Below, piece by piece: positions 49,612 through 62,620 of a DNA stretch of 64,000 bases. The position numbers were made by a program, and so were the translations under genes. This DNA is from Chiloscyllium plagiosum (Eukaryota): NCBI RefSeq assembly GCF_004010195.1, contig NC_057719.1:62954726-63018725 (forward strand), given 5' to 3'. Under the pieces are notes generated by a model. The model saw only the letters and a list, made by a program, of their open reading frames with translations, had not been told where the DNA came from and made no database searches. Position 1 is the first letter of the stretch. Each line of letters opens with the position of its first letter.

Positions 49612-52600
49612 GACTGGATGGTCTGAAGAATATGGACAATAATGTTTTCTCTTTTGCTTTTGTAATTCTCTCCTTTTCTTAAAGAAAGTGTTGTAGGACT
49701 TTTTCCGCTGTTAATTGGGGTTAATGTATCATTGGGGATGTGTAGAATGCTCACTTTCAACTTCTTTGTTAATATTACCTTTTCTTTCCTTTTGCTTGAG
49801 ATTGGGATGTGGCTCAAGCTGGAAAGAGTTATGGAGGTGTGTGGAAGGTGTGTAAACACTCCCTGTGGGCAGGGGGTAGAGTCCCCCATTCTGTGCCTTT
49901 TGTATTTTGTATTTGGTTTAGTTTTTTGGTTTTTTTGTGGACGTAGTTTTGAATGTTCTGTTAGTTTGTTAGATGAAGTAGTTTTAGTGTACATAGTTTT
50001 TAGGCGCCATGAGTCTGTCTTCGTTTATACTCAGCAATTTGTACATCGAATTATTCCTCCCGGGAGTTCTCGGTTATTGTAGAGGGTCATCACTGATTCT
50101 GGTCTCAAATGGTGTACCTGGAATATTAAATGGAGTCACTCACCGGTCAAGAGGAAGAAGGTACTTTCAAGTCTTAAAAAGGAGAGGCTTGATATTGCCC
50201 TATTGCAGGAAACTCACCTTGACGATAAGGAGCATCTGAAACTAAGCAGGGTGGGTTTGATTGGGTGTTTTTTTTGACCTTCAGTACTAAGAGCAGGGGA
50301 GTAGCCACCCTTGTTCAGAAGAATCTCCCATTTAATTTACTGGATCATATTAAAGATGGATGTGGGTGGTTCGTAATTCTTAAAGCCTCAATATACGGTA
50401 AAGAGTATGGTATTTTGAATGTTTATTGTCCCCAGGTGCACCCCTTAAATTCCTGATAAATGCATTCTCCAAATTAATTGCCCTTGCATTGCGGCATATT
50501 ATTAAAGGGGGAGATTTTACATGTCTTTACAGTGGATAGAATACCCAAAGGCCCCCCAAAACTTTCTCTTCAATCTAAGTAACTGGTTGATTTTTGTGTG
50601 GAATTGGGGCAGATGGATGTTTGGCGGCATCTCTACCCTGCGGGTAGGGATTTCACATTTTTTTCTAATCTGCACAAGTGTCCCTAGGATTGATCCTTTC
50701 CTTGCCCCCACGATTTTTTTCAATTCGGTGATGTCCTGCACAATTGGGAATATCACCATTTCTGATCATGCAGCAGTATATTTAATGGTCAATATTAAGA
50801 GCAATGTAACAGGTTCATGGCAATGGTGAATGGATCCCTTTATTCTCACAAACAGTAAGTGCATTGAGTATTTCTCTAATGAGTTTAAAGCATTCTTGGT
50901 CATTAGTGCAGATACAGCTAGTGACCCATCTATTCTCTGGGAGACTGCAAAGGCTTATGCTTTTGTCTCTTACTCTGCCAGTCAGCAGTGGCAGAAGGGA
51001 GAGGAGCAGATCTGCTCGAGGCACGGTTGAGGGCAGCCGAGACGGCAGATGTTGATAGGCCATCGGTGGCTAAGTGGTCACAGCTCTTTGGTTCATTTCG
51101 AATTCCATGCTCATACAGACAACAAGGAAGGAACTTTCCTTTACAAAACAAATTTGAGCACGGCGATAGGCCGGGCAAATATCTGGCACATCTGGCTAGG
51201 AAAAAGAACGCCCCTCCCCCAATTTATTACCTCAATCAGGGGCGGGACTGGAACTCTTATTCGTGATTCTAAGAAGATCATGCTGCATTTTGGAGATTTC
51301 ACTCCAAATTTTACCAGTCGGAAGGCTGTGATGACAGATGGGCTAAGATGGAGTCCTTTTTTTAGGAAACAGGATCTTCCAGGAGTGACCTCCGAACAGG
51401 CGTCTCTCCTTAATGCCCCTTTGACAGGGCAGGAGGTACAGGGGGCTGTGAAGCAGCTTCACAGTGGAAAGGTGCCCAGCAGTGACTTTGACAAAGAATT
51501 GTTAAATATATTGTCAGGGCCAATGCTGGACATGTAACAATTACTTGTACAGTCATAATTGTCTCCCGCCATCCATGAGAGAGACTAATATCTCTGTTAT
51601 CCTTAGGAAACAGAAGATGCCGGAGGACTGTGCTTCCAATAGGCCCACCTCGCTTCTAAATTCTGATTTTAAACTTTTGTCCATGACTCTCGCATTAAGC
51701 CTGGAAACGGTGTTGCCTTCCATTGTCAAAGAGGACCAGATGGGTTTTATAAAGGACCGCAGATCCTCCAACAATGTTACGAGGTTGCTTAATATGTTCG
51801 AAGCGTGTCAGCAGTGATCGGCTCAGGGATTAGTGATCTCTTTAGATGCAGAGAAGGTATTTGATCGGGTTGAGTGGCCACATCTTTTTTACGCCCTGGA
51901 ACGGTTTGGCCTCGGAGAAGTCTTTATCAGGTGGGTAAGGGTCCTCTGGTTGCAGTTCTCACCAATGGTGTAAGGTCCAGTAATTTTAGTATCTATAGGA
52001 GCAGTCAGCAAGATTGTCCCCTTTCACCTTTACACTTTACGTTGGTGATTGAGCTGCAGGCAGAGGCTATCCGTAGGGATCCTAACATAGCTGCCCCAGA
52101 AGTGGGATCAAAGGCACATAAGATCACATCATATGGCATTCTTATCTGTCTGTTGAACCCACTAGTTCTATATCACATTTGATACAATGTATTAATTTAT
52201 TTGGTTCCTTTTTGGGCTATAAGATTAAATTTTCAAAATTGGTGGCTATGCCTATGGGGGGATTTGGGGAATATCTGATATTGACGGCGAGTCACCATTT
52301 CCCTTTAAGTGGTCACAGGTGTGGGGGGTGGGGGGGTGGGTGTGAGTTTCTTTATTTAGGTATTTTTGTCACTCCTGTCTTCAATCAATTATTTAAGGCA
52401 AATTTTACCCACTTGACAAGATTAAGCAAGATCTTCAAAGATGGGAGGCTCTTCCAATATCCTGGTTAGGCCGAGTAGCCCTTATTAAAATGGCTGTCCT
52501 TCCTCGTTTGCTATACCCTATGCGAATGCTTCCCTTGATTTTTCCTAGGCCGATATTTAGAAGACTTAATGGCTGGTTTAGTCTTTTATCTGGCACCACA

Positions 52601-52825
52601 GGCGGCCCCTTATTAAGCTCACCAAATTGCAATTGCCCCAAGGGCTGTGGAGAGTGGACCTCCCAGATATTAGAAGATATCAATTAAGCTCCTTTTTATC
52701 TTTTGTGAGGGATTGTGAGGACCCAGCGTCCATATGGCTAGATATTGATGATTTCCAGACAAAGACTGTTGTTCTTAGATAAAATGAGAACAGTTGCAAA
52801 ATACTGTCACAATCCAATTGTCTTG

Positions 52826-53236
52826 GATATAGGTTTGCTCGCTGAGCTGGAAGGTCCATTTCCAGACATTTCATCACCCTACTAGGTAACATCTTCAGTG
52901 GGCCTCAGGTGAAGCATTGTTGAAAATTCCTGCTTTCTATTTATATCTTTGGGTTTCTTTGGGTTGGTGATGTCATTTCCTGTGGTGAAGTCACTTCCTG
53001 TTCCTTTTCTCAGGGGGTTGTAGATAGGGTCTAACTCGATGTGTTTGTTGATAGAATTCTGGTTAGAATGCCATGCTTCTAGGAATTCTCATGCATGTCT
53101 TTGTTTGGTTTGTCCTAGGATGGATGTATTATCCCAGTCAAAGTGGTGTCTTTCCTCATCCGCATGTAAGGATACTGGTGAGAGACGGTCATGTCTTTTT
53201 GTGGCTAGTTGGTGTTTATGTATCCTGGTGGCTATA
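52826..53236 (-). mobile_element. Penelope-like 3' fragment (GIY-YIG C-terminus and terminal repeat), third family
   Basis: RIHKHQLATKRHD...HHFDWDNTSILGQ...EFLEAWHS; terminal hammerhead-like motif. Confidence 0.85.
52862..52901 (-). ncRNA. Hammerhead ribozyme motif with longer stem II, CpG-decayed
   Basis: Reverse complement CCA-CTGAAGA-T-GTTACC-TAGTAG-GGTGAT-GAAA-TGTC-TGG; stem I CCA/TGG. Confidence 0.65.
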
Positions 53237-53240
53237 TAGA

Positions 53241-53264
53241 AAGAGAGAGAGAGAGAGATAGAGA
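53241..53264. repeat. (GA)n microsatellite
   Basis: Visible AG run. Confidence 0.9.
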
Positions 53265-54639
53265 GTAGTGTTGTTGATGGTCTATTGTTGTAATTTTGTA
53301 ATTTTTTAAAAATAAATCTTTTCTCAATTTTTTTTAAAACAAGCAACAGATTATTCTGGGCATATGGAAGTGTTTTACAACTAAATAAAATATAATTTAA
53401 TTCCTTACTTGCTTAATGAAATCAAAATTATTATCTATTGGAAAATAACCCATTCCTGTAGTATAACCAGTCTTAACTCTGTTCAAGAAGATTAATGCAA
53501 TTAAGAAATTGAGTGGCCTGAGTCCCATGTTTACCTAAAGTTGTAGAATTGGAAAAATACCACTGAAGGTGTTATTGCCCTTTGCAAAGCTCTGCCTTTG
53601 TGAATGACACACAGTTAAAGTCATTACTTTGGAATGCTTTCATTTTCATTCCATAAAGCAAGTTGAATCTCTGAAACTCAGGCAACACAGAGTTTGGTCC
53701 CAATCACCTGAAATGTATAAATGTGGTATTTTCAGAACCATACACCAAATTTGAATTAAAATAAACAATGTATTGTTAATGCTGTACAGAAGGTGCAGTC
53801 ATGAAAAACTAATTCATTACAGGAAGTTACATGATTGTGTCAGGGAAGGCCAATGGAAATATGCTGAACAGACGGAGCGGCCAATTGAAATGAAGCAGAA
53901 GGTTTTAATGAAACAATGGCAGTTATGATCTGATCATTTACTCGAAGCTGCCAGGTAGCATAAGATTTGCTTTATTATCAACTGGTACAAATAGCCAACT
54001 TTTGTATTTCATCATTACTGAGGTAATAAGTTAAGTGTAAGATTTGCTTGTCCGAGACCAAGTTGCACATCTGCAAATTGTCAGTTATTGATGACGTCTA
54101 TTATCAAGACTGTTCAAAGGATTTGCTCCAAATCGCCATTGACAAGTGAGACTAATTTGCTTAAACTACTGAAAATAAAACTTATCTCTTAAGTAAAAGT
54201 GAAATAAAAAGAAGTGAATATGAAATATCAATAAATCTCCCAATGCAATTTGCCTCCTTTGGTTTCATTTTTATCTGATATTTTCATGGAAATAAAGAGA
54301 ATCATCAATAAGGTTGTGCCATTTCCCTGAAGGTTTAAATTTCTTTCAGGTGACAAGCCACACCAAGATGGAAACATGGGTTGGGTGATTTGGCCCCTTC
54401 CCTTTGTTCTGGCCTGAACTCCATTAATCTCTTTATTCCCTGTCCCTCTCTTGATGCCATTGCCCACCGCAAATTTTGATATTAAACTTGACAATTTGGA
54501 AAGATACAGCATCCACATCCCTCACAGAGAAGGCAAGAGAGAGTTTCAGATTTTTATTGTTCGTTTGTGCGACAAAATGCTGATTTGTTTCATCTCTAAG
54601 TGACTTATCTTTAATTTAAAAATTCAGAGGCATTTAAGG

Positions 54640-55705
54640 TACAGGAAAAGGGCCACAGGAGGTTCACGAGAATGGTCCCAGGAATGAAAAGCTCAACATT
54701 TCAGGCATGTTTGAGGACTCTACTCGATGGAGTTTGGAAGGAATGGTGGGGGTGGTGGGATCTAATTGAAACTTACAGATTGTAGGTGATATAAAGATAG
54801 GGAGAGGTAGCATTGAGGAGGCGGGGGGTCTGCAGAAGGATTTGGACAAGTTAGGAGAGTAGGCAAAGAAGTGGCAGATGGAAAACAATGTGAGAAAGTG
54901 TGAGGTCATGCACTTTGGTAAGAAGAACAGAGGCATAGACTATTTTCTAAATGGGGAGAAAATTCAGAAGTCTTAAGTGCAAAGAGACTTTTGGGGGTTG
55001 GGGGTGGAGGCGGGGAGTTCTAGTCCAGGATTCTCTCAAAGTAAACTTGCAGGTTGAGTCAGTAGTTAGGAAGACAATTGCAATGATGACATTTATTTCA
55101 GGAGGACTTGAATATAAAGGCAGGGATGTACTTTTGAGGCTCTGTAGGGCTCTGATCAGGCCACATTTGGAGTATAGTGTGCAGTTTTGGGCCCCATGTC
55201 TCAGAAAGGATGTACTGGCCCTGGAGTGTGAACAGGGGAGGTTCACGAGAATGGTCTCAGAAATGAAAATCTTAATATATGAGGAACGTTTGAGGACTCT
55301 GGATCAATACTCAATGGAGTTGCAAAGAATGAGGGGGGATCTAAGTGAAACATACAGAATATTGAATGAAGTAGATGTTGGAAAGATGTTTCCATTAGTA
55401 GGAGATACTAGGACTCAAGGGCACAGCCTTAGAGTAAAGGTAATACCCTCTAGAATAGAGATAAGGAGAAAACCTCTTCATCCAGAGAGTAGTGTATCTA
55501 TGGAATTCATTGCCATAGAAGGCTGTGGTGGCCAGGTCATTGAATAAATTTAAGACCCAAGATTTTTGATTGACAAGGGGATCAAAGGTTATGGGGAGGA
55601 AATGTGAGAATGTGTTTGAGAAATGTATCAACCATGATTGAATGGCAGAGCAGACTTGATGGGTTGAATGGCCTAATTTCTGCTCCTACGTCTTATGGTC
55701 TTATG
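54640..55705 (+). mobile_element. CR1 LINE 3' part(s)
   Basis: ORF 54951-55547: RALIRPHLEYSVQFWAP, RMRGDLSETYRIL, TRTQGHSL; TCTTATGGTCTTATG tail. Confidence 0.92.
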
Positions 55706-56551
55706 GAAAAGGCCTATTGACCTATCAAGTTCATACGAGAAGAGAATACTCTTGTTCTACATTTCCCATTGAAGGAATTTTACTGCATTTGTGCTGTTGA
55801 ATCACATTATCACTTTAAACCCCTCAAATAATATCTCAACATTAACCTGTTCTCAGAATACCATGGTCCCTGTTTTATTTTGAATATGTGCAGTACCGAC
55901 TCCAAAATCAATCAATGTTTTTCGTTGTGGTACCTGGAACTGAACATTACTCAAGAAGGAGTTTGATCAAGACAGTAAGCAACGGGAGGAACACTGCCTT
56001 TCTCTGTTGTCTGTGTCTTCACTCTCATCAAATCCTATTCCTTATTGCTCATCTACATTAGCTCCCAATCAAGCAATATCTAAATCTTAAAATTCTCATC
56101 CTTTTTTCAAATACCTTCATGGCTTTGTTCCTCCCTATTACTGGGTTCAGGCCCCAGCTAGTCTAGAGATGTGCATTGGCATAGCTGAATAAATTGATTA
56201 AAAATATTTATAATCTCCGTCCAGATTTCTGTACTCCTCTTATTCTGGTCTCTTGCGTATTCCCAGTAATTATTCTACTGGCAGTGATACATTCAGTTTC
56301 CCTAATCCCAAACTCTGAAATTCTCCTCCACACATCTCTTCCTCTTTTCTTTCCTCCTCTAATAGCCTCTTAAAACTTTCCTCTTCTCAGGTCATCTCAC
56401 CTTATTTCCTTGTAAAATTTCTCCTTATTTGATTCAGAATGATACTTCGTTTTTTAATACTGCTGTGATGGGTCCTGAGGCATTTAATTAAGTTCTAGGC
56501 ACCTTATAAATAAGGCACCATTGTTGTATTCCAGCCTCACTTAAAGAAAAA

Positions 56552-57868
56552 GTAAAAACAATGACTGCAGATGCTGGAAACCAGAGTCTAGATTAGAGTG
56601 GTGCTGGAAAAGCACAGCAGTTCAGGCAGCATCCGAGGAGCAGGAAAATTAACATTTCAGGCAAAATCCCTTCATCAGGAATACAGGCAAGGAGCCTGCA
56701 GAGTGGAGAGAAGGCGGAAGATGAGACGTTCTTCCTCCAGGCATCTGGTGGTGAGGGAGCGGCGGTGGAGGAGGCCAGGACCTCCATGTCCTCGGCAGAG
56801 TGGGAGGGGGAGTTGAAATGTTGGGCCACAGGGTGGTGGGGTTGATTGGTGTGGATGTCCCAGAGATGTTCCCTAAATCGCTCTGCTAGGAGGCGTCCAG
56901 TCTCCCCAATGTACAGGATACCACATCGGGAGCAACGGATACAATAAATGATTTTGGTGGATGTGCAGGTAAAACTTTGATGGATATGGAAGGCTACTTC
57001 AGGGCCTTGGATGGAGGTGAGGGAGAAGGTGTGGGCTCAGGTTTTGCAATTCCTGCGGTGGCAGGGGAAGGTGCCAGGATGGGAGGGTGGGTTGTAGGGG
57101 GATATGGACCTGACCAGGTAGTCACAGAGGGAATGGTCGTTGCAGAAGGAAGAAAGGGGTGGGGAGGGAAATATATTCCTGGTGGTGGGGTCCGTTTGGA
57201 GGTGGCTTAAATGTCAGTGGATAATTTGGTTTATGCGAAGGTTGGTAGAGTGGAAGATGAGCACCGGGGCGTTCTGTCCTTGTTACGGTTGGAGGGGTGG
57301 AGTCTGAGGGGGAGGTACGGGATATGGACAAGATGCGTTGGAGGGCATCTTTAACCATATGGGAAGGGAAATTGTTCGGTGGTGGAACTATGGACAAGAT
57401 GCGTTGGAGGGCATCTTTAACCACGTGGGAAGGGAAATTGTTCGGTGGTGGAACTAGTCTTCCTGGGAGCAGATACGGCGGAGGCGGTGGAATTGGGAAT
57501 ATGGGATAGCATTTTTGCGGAAGGTAGGGTGGGAAGAGGTGGATTTGTAAAAAATGTCGGTCACCATTAATGGAGATGGAGAGGTCCAGGAATGGGAGGG
57601 AGGTGTCAGAGATGGTCCAGGTAAATTTAAGGTCAGGGTGGAATGTGTTGGTGAAGTTAATGAATTGCTCAACCTCCTCACGGGAGCACGAGGTGGCGCC
57701 AATGCAGTCATCAATGTAGTGGAGGAAGAGGTGGGGAGTGGTGCCGGTGTAATTACGGAAGATCAACTGTTCTACGTATCCAACAAAGAGACAGGCATAG
57801 CTGGGACCCATAGGGGTGCCCATGGCTACCCCTTTGGTCTGGAGGAAGTGTGAGGATTCGAAGGAGAA
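56552..57868 (-). mobile_element. 5'-truncated Penelope-like element (RT C-half, GIY-YIG, 3' terminus)
   Basis: KGVAMGTPMGPSYACLFVGYVE, YIDDCIG, LKFTWTIS..LPFLDL; GILYIGETGR; terminus with decayed CTGATGA...GAAA; possible diverged TSD CT(C/T)ACTTAA(A)GAAAA. Confidence 0.93.
57324..57455. repeat. 66-bp tandem duplication inside the PLE
   Basis: ATGGACAAGATGCG...GGTGGTGGAACT at 57324 and 57390, two mismatches. Confidence 0.95.
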
Positions 57869-57899
57869 GAAAAGACTTACTTAAGAAAAGACTGACATT

Positions 57900-58560
57900 C
57901 CATGACTGATGTGCACCCAAAACTCAACGTTCCTCCAAGGTTCTGGTATCCTCACCATTTAGAAAAGAATTTGCGTTGGAATCAATGATTTAACAATAAC
58001 ATTCCCAAAGTGATTCACTTCAAGATTCCCAACATTGAACTCCATTTGCCCAGGTCTTGCTCACTGAGTTAATCTGTCTATTTCTCTTTATAACTTTCTC
58101 CTTCCATTGGTACTACTTAGGGTGCTGTCCATCAACAAACTTGATCATAAGATTCTCGATTTCTTCATCCAAGTTATTAATAAATATGCTGAAAAGTTAT
58201 GCCCCAATACAGTTCCCAGGGGCATATGATATGTTCCATCCAACCAATGTATGTTCATTTTAATCCAGACTCTGTCTTATATCTCTCAATTAAGTTGTAA
58301 CCTTTAACCCAAAGTAGTCTCCAACTCAATGCACTTTCATTTTTACTCATAGCCTTTTACATAGCTTTGCAGTACTATATCAATGGTATTGTTGAAGTTC
58401 ATTCAGATAATGTCCATAACTGTATCTTTAGGTACAATGTGCCTTCCTCAAAACAGCCCAGTAGATTAGTCAGACATAATCATTTGAGATCAATTCTTCT
58501 TTGCTCAGAAAGACCGATTCTAGTCATTTTCCCAGAGCTGACTGATCTGTTGTTGCCTCC
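57900..58560 (-). mobile_element. Old CR1 RT fragment
   Basis: Degenerate WQMEFNVG, LGTVLG...FINNLDE and VDII*MNFNNT remnants. Confidence 0.6.
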
Positions 58561-60021
58561 ATTTTCTCTCATCCCCATCTTAGAAGATAGTGGGCTGGAT
58601 TTAGTTCCAATGACATGGGTGACCCCATCACTTGAAGAGTTGGTGGGAACCTAGTCTGCGACTGAGGGGGAGGCCTGATATGATCATGTTTTGTTCAGGC
58701 ATGTAACTTATTAGCGTTGGTCCTCCCATCCAATTAAGACACATGGAAGATAGAAATCCCATTCCTGAGAACTACCATTAAATGGCAGCTCTCCAGTGCT
58801 GGCAATGCCACAAAAAGCAATGGCTGCCACTGGTAGTGCACTGAGGCCCAGCCCCAGGATCAATGCACTTTGAATCCCGGGTGTGGGGTTCAAGAGGACG
58901 GGTTTGGAACTTTTGATCGTGCATAGAATGAGGAAGAATGATGGAACCTCCAATAAGGTCATAGGCAAACTTTACAGAGCCTGCTGAGCAACCTTCAGGA
59001 AGCACAAGAAAGACACGTGAATTTCACAAAATCCCTGAGGAGTCACAGAATTCCCGTATGCTCAGAAACTGTTGGTTTAGAGTGGCTAAGTAATGAGCCA
59101 ATTGGATTCCAAAAACAACGTGTGAGATCCCTACATAGGGCCCTTTTTATCTCCAATACAATTTGGATAGGTTTTAGTCCACTCCCACAACACCCACTAA
59201 AACCAATAATTTCTCAATGGCACAATTGCCAAACCATGAGAGCTATGGCAGACTGTGGCTAAAGTACCTGCTTCATATGGATTACATAAATGGAGTCATG
59301 CAAGTTATTAACAGTAGTCTCATTTTTCTCTGAACTGTTCAAGCTGGTAATTGATAGCAGCATTAGAGGGGACTTAAGGAAAAATAATTATCTGGCAGAT
59401 GGTAATGGGTGTCTGGAGTTTATTTCCCAGCTTACTGGTTGGGATGGAAACCTTCAATGCATTTGAACAGAACATGGATCTGCACCCAAAGTCTTTAACC
59501 AGCTGCTAGAAAGTGAGATTCGAATGGTTATTCACCATGCACAAACATGAACAGAATTTGCTCTATAACCTTTTTATGGTTGTGTGGTTTTGGGTGTATT
59601 TCTTAATAGTCTGTTGATGATTCGGTATATTTTTGAAAAATGTTAGCACCTATCAAGAGAAATTGTCTTTGTTCATAAAATCGTAATGTACAAAAGCATT
59701 TTATAAAGGCGAAGATTTGTCAAGAGAGAAAGTAATTGTATCCTTGAAGCCTGTGATGGCAGTACAAAGGCAGTTCAATACTTGGGTGAAGACATTGTCA
59801 ACAAATTCCTGTGGTGTGCATTTGGTTTTGTCACCGTGTTTTTAAAGTTGCTATTGGTTAAAGGAATCCTACTCAACTCCTAACATCTAAAGAGGAAACA
59901 AATTGATTTCCTGTGAAGAAAATGTTTAAATTAGAAAATAATGTGTGAAATTTGTTTTATATTTTTTTAATTAATTCATGGAATCTAGGCACTGCTGGCT
60001 GGACCAGCACTTTTTTCCCAT

Positions 60022-60314
60022 CTGCTGCCTCACAGCGCCAAGACCCGGGTTCAATTCCCGCCTGAGGCAACTGTCTGTGGAGTTTGCACATTCTCCCCGT
60101 GTCTGCGTGGGTTTCCTCCGGGTGCTCTGGTTTCCTCCCACAGCCCAAAAATGTGCAGGTTAGGTGAATTGGCCAAGCTAAATTGCCCATAGTGCTAGGT
60201 GAAGGGGTAAATGTAGGGGAATGGGTCTGGGTGGGTTGCTCTTTGGAGGGTCAGTGTGGACTTGTTGGGCCGAAGGGCCTGTTTCCACACTTTAAGTAAT
60301 CTAATCTAATCTAA
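60022..60314 (+). mobile_element. HE1-type SINE, 5'-truncated
   Basis: CTGCTGCCTCACAGCGCC...GGTTCAATTCCC...(AATCT)n. Confidence 0.94.
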
Positions 60315-60661
60315 TATTTCATGGGAACCAATTTCCCTTGACAAGATGCTGGTGAGCTGCCATCTTGAATCTCTGCAGTTCACTTGGTCCTGTTAGGATT
60401 TTGACCTAGTGACACTGAATGGTGAATGGCTTGCAGGGGACTTTACATGTGATGATGTTCCCATGTATTAGCTGCTCTTGTCCTTCTAGATGGCGGTTTT
60501 CGTGGGTTTGGAAGGTGCCGTCCAAAAGAGGTTTGCTGAATTGCTGCAATGCATCTTGTAGATGGTACACACTACTTTGTCCTGGATGATGTCAAGGTTC
60601 TTTAGAGTGTTAGAGCTGCACCCATCCAGGTCAATGGGGAATATTCTATCGCACTCTTAAG

Positions 60662-60801
60662 CAATGTTCCCTCTGAGCTGCACAGAGATTCCATGCACAC
60701 CGAATGGTGTGTAGAAATACTGATTTTTGATTCTCAAAGTGATAGCTGTGCACAAACCCTCAGCGTTCCACACAGCGACAGGAAAGTTACAGGGAATGTT
60801 G
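60662..60801. mobile_element. 140-bp hAT-type MITE
   Basis: TIRs CAATGTTCCCTCT / ACAGGGAATGTTG; degenerate 8-bp TSD CTCTTAAG / CTTCTAAC; interrupts the CR1. Confidence 0.7.
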
Positions 60802-61879
60802 CTTCTAACTTGTGTCTTTTAAGTGGTAGACAGGCTCTGGGGAGTCAGAATTCACTCAGGATTTCTAATCTCTGTCCTACTGTTGTAGCCACAGTACTTA
60901 ATTGGTAGTGCAGTTCAATTTGCAGTCAATGTTAACTCCAAGGATGTGGACGGTGGCAGATTCAGCAATGGTAATGCCACTGAAGGTCAAGAGAAGATGG
61001 TTAGATTATCTCATTGAAAATAACCTTTGCTTGACACTTGTATGTCAAAAATGTTCCTGGTTACTTGTCAACCAAAGCCTGGATGTTATACAGATCTTGT
61101 TGCATTTGGACATGGACTGCTTCAGTACATGAAGAGTTGTGAATGGTTCTGAACATTGTGCAAGCATCAGTGAACATTACCACTTCTAACCTTATGGAGG
61201 TAAGATTATTGATGATGCTGCTGAAGCTGGTTGGGCCTAGGACAAAACCCTGAGGAACTCCTGCAGAGATATTCTGCAGCTGAGATAACTGACCTCCAAC
61301 AACTGTAACTATCTTCCTTTGTACGACATATGACTCCAATCAATGAAGAATTCCCCCCATTCCTATTGACTAGTTTTACTTGAGCTGTTGGACACAACAA
61401 ATGCAGCCTTGAAATTATACCTGCATGTACAACAAATATTTAATATCGGCTGAGGTTTAGCACTCTCAATTCAATTTTAAAGCCAAATATTTCATGCCAA
61501 AATTTCAGCCTGAACAATCCATCTGTTTATATGGGTCCAAAATGGTTAATATATCGAGTCGAATGAGAACCATTAATGCAATTAATGTCACACAGACACA
61601 AAGTCAGTCTGAGATAGTCAGTGCCAAGACATAGAAGTTTCCTAGCATGAAAAGCTGCACCATAATGTATATTCACAAATATTTACATCCATTCAACAAA
61701 CTTCTTATTGTTGCTCTTGAGATCTCTACTTGTTAGGCCAAAGAGAGAGATTTCTCCAGCCCACCATGGTGGGAACAATGGCAACTCAGCTGATCTTTGA
61801 CTAAATGCAACATGTTGAAAACATAGCTGACAACAAACTTGAGAAATAAAGTTCACAACAGAACAAAACAAGGACAATC

Positions 61880-62620
61880 AGGCCTGAAGCAGAAATGCAG
61901 AAGAAGGAACTCCAAAGTATACTATAACACATGAGGCTGTGTTCTGAAAGATGGCTCCTTTCTACAATTGCAAGCAGAGTAGACCATGTAATTATTTGGC
62001 AAGGAGCTAATGAAGCATCAAATGTACTTGATAAAATTTTAAAAGCTTTTAATAGTAATTTCAATCTCAGAAGTAATAACACTCTGGAAATAGTGCAATT
62101 CAATCAACAATTCCAGGATCATGATGAATAAATGGATGATTTTACTAGTGAGCTCTACACACTAGTTGATAATCAGAATATGGAGTTTGAGGACTGAATG
62201 GGTCACAAATGACCGCAAACAGCTCTCAGAATATTGAATGCGTTTTTTCCAACTTATGGAATTCCAGATAAAGTTGTTTCTGACAAATGATCACAATTTA
62301 CAAATTACTTCAAATACTTTGCAGATAGTAGTGGATTAAAACATGTGACAAGATCATCAAGATAGGCATCATCCAATACTGACGTTAAACAAAGAATCAA
62401 CTCAGTTTTGAAAAAGAAGTAAGATTTTCAAACAGATTCACGCGATTACAACTTGGACTAGCACTTTGCAAATTGTTGATCGAAGAAATCTCAACTCCGT
62501 ATTCTACATAAACAATTATTTGCAAGATTGTTGAATAAGGCAGTTAGTACCTGGAAGAGTGAACTGACATCACAAGGTAAACTCAGCATGTCAGAATATA
62601 AAGTCCTGTCCCTGGAAGGA
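61880..62620 (+). mobile_element. Decayed Gypsy internal remnant (gag joined to integrase)
   Basis: Gag-like FNQQFQDHDE*MDDFTSELYTLVD; integrase-like FPTYGIPDKVVSD..SQF...FADSSGLKHVTRS. Confidence 0.7.

Larger units (their letters stand above)
48584..52822 (+). mobile_element. Near-full-length L1-clade LINE (5' UTR, ORF1, spacer, disrupted ORF2)
   Basis: 5' GGGGGGATCCAAGATGGCGGCG; L1 ORF1p; ORF2 TWNIK...[54 protein letters not shown]; probable 3' tail at about 53263-53340 beyond a nested PLE. Confidence 0.93.
59960..61410 (-). mobile_element. CR1-type LINE 3' half (distinct family) with nested HE1 and MITE
   Basis: ORF 61061-61339: ISAGVPQGFVLGPTSFSSIINNL...MFTDACTMF...MQQDLYNIQAL; tail at 59960-60020. 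Confidence 0.85.

Noticed and set aside
58590..59190. Harbinger-like MITE remnants (also 13850-14330 and 30540-31220)
   Set aside because: GC-richer and repeat-like, but matching TIRs and TSDs could not be established by eye.
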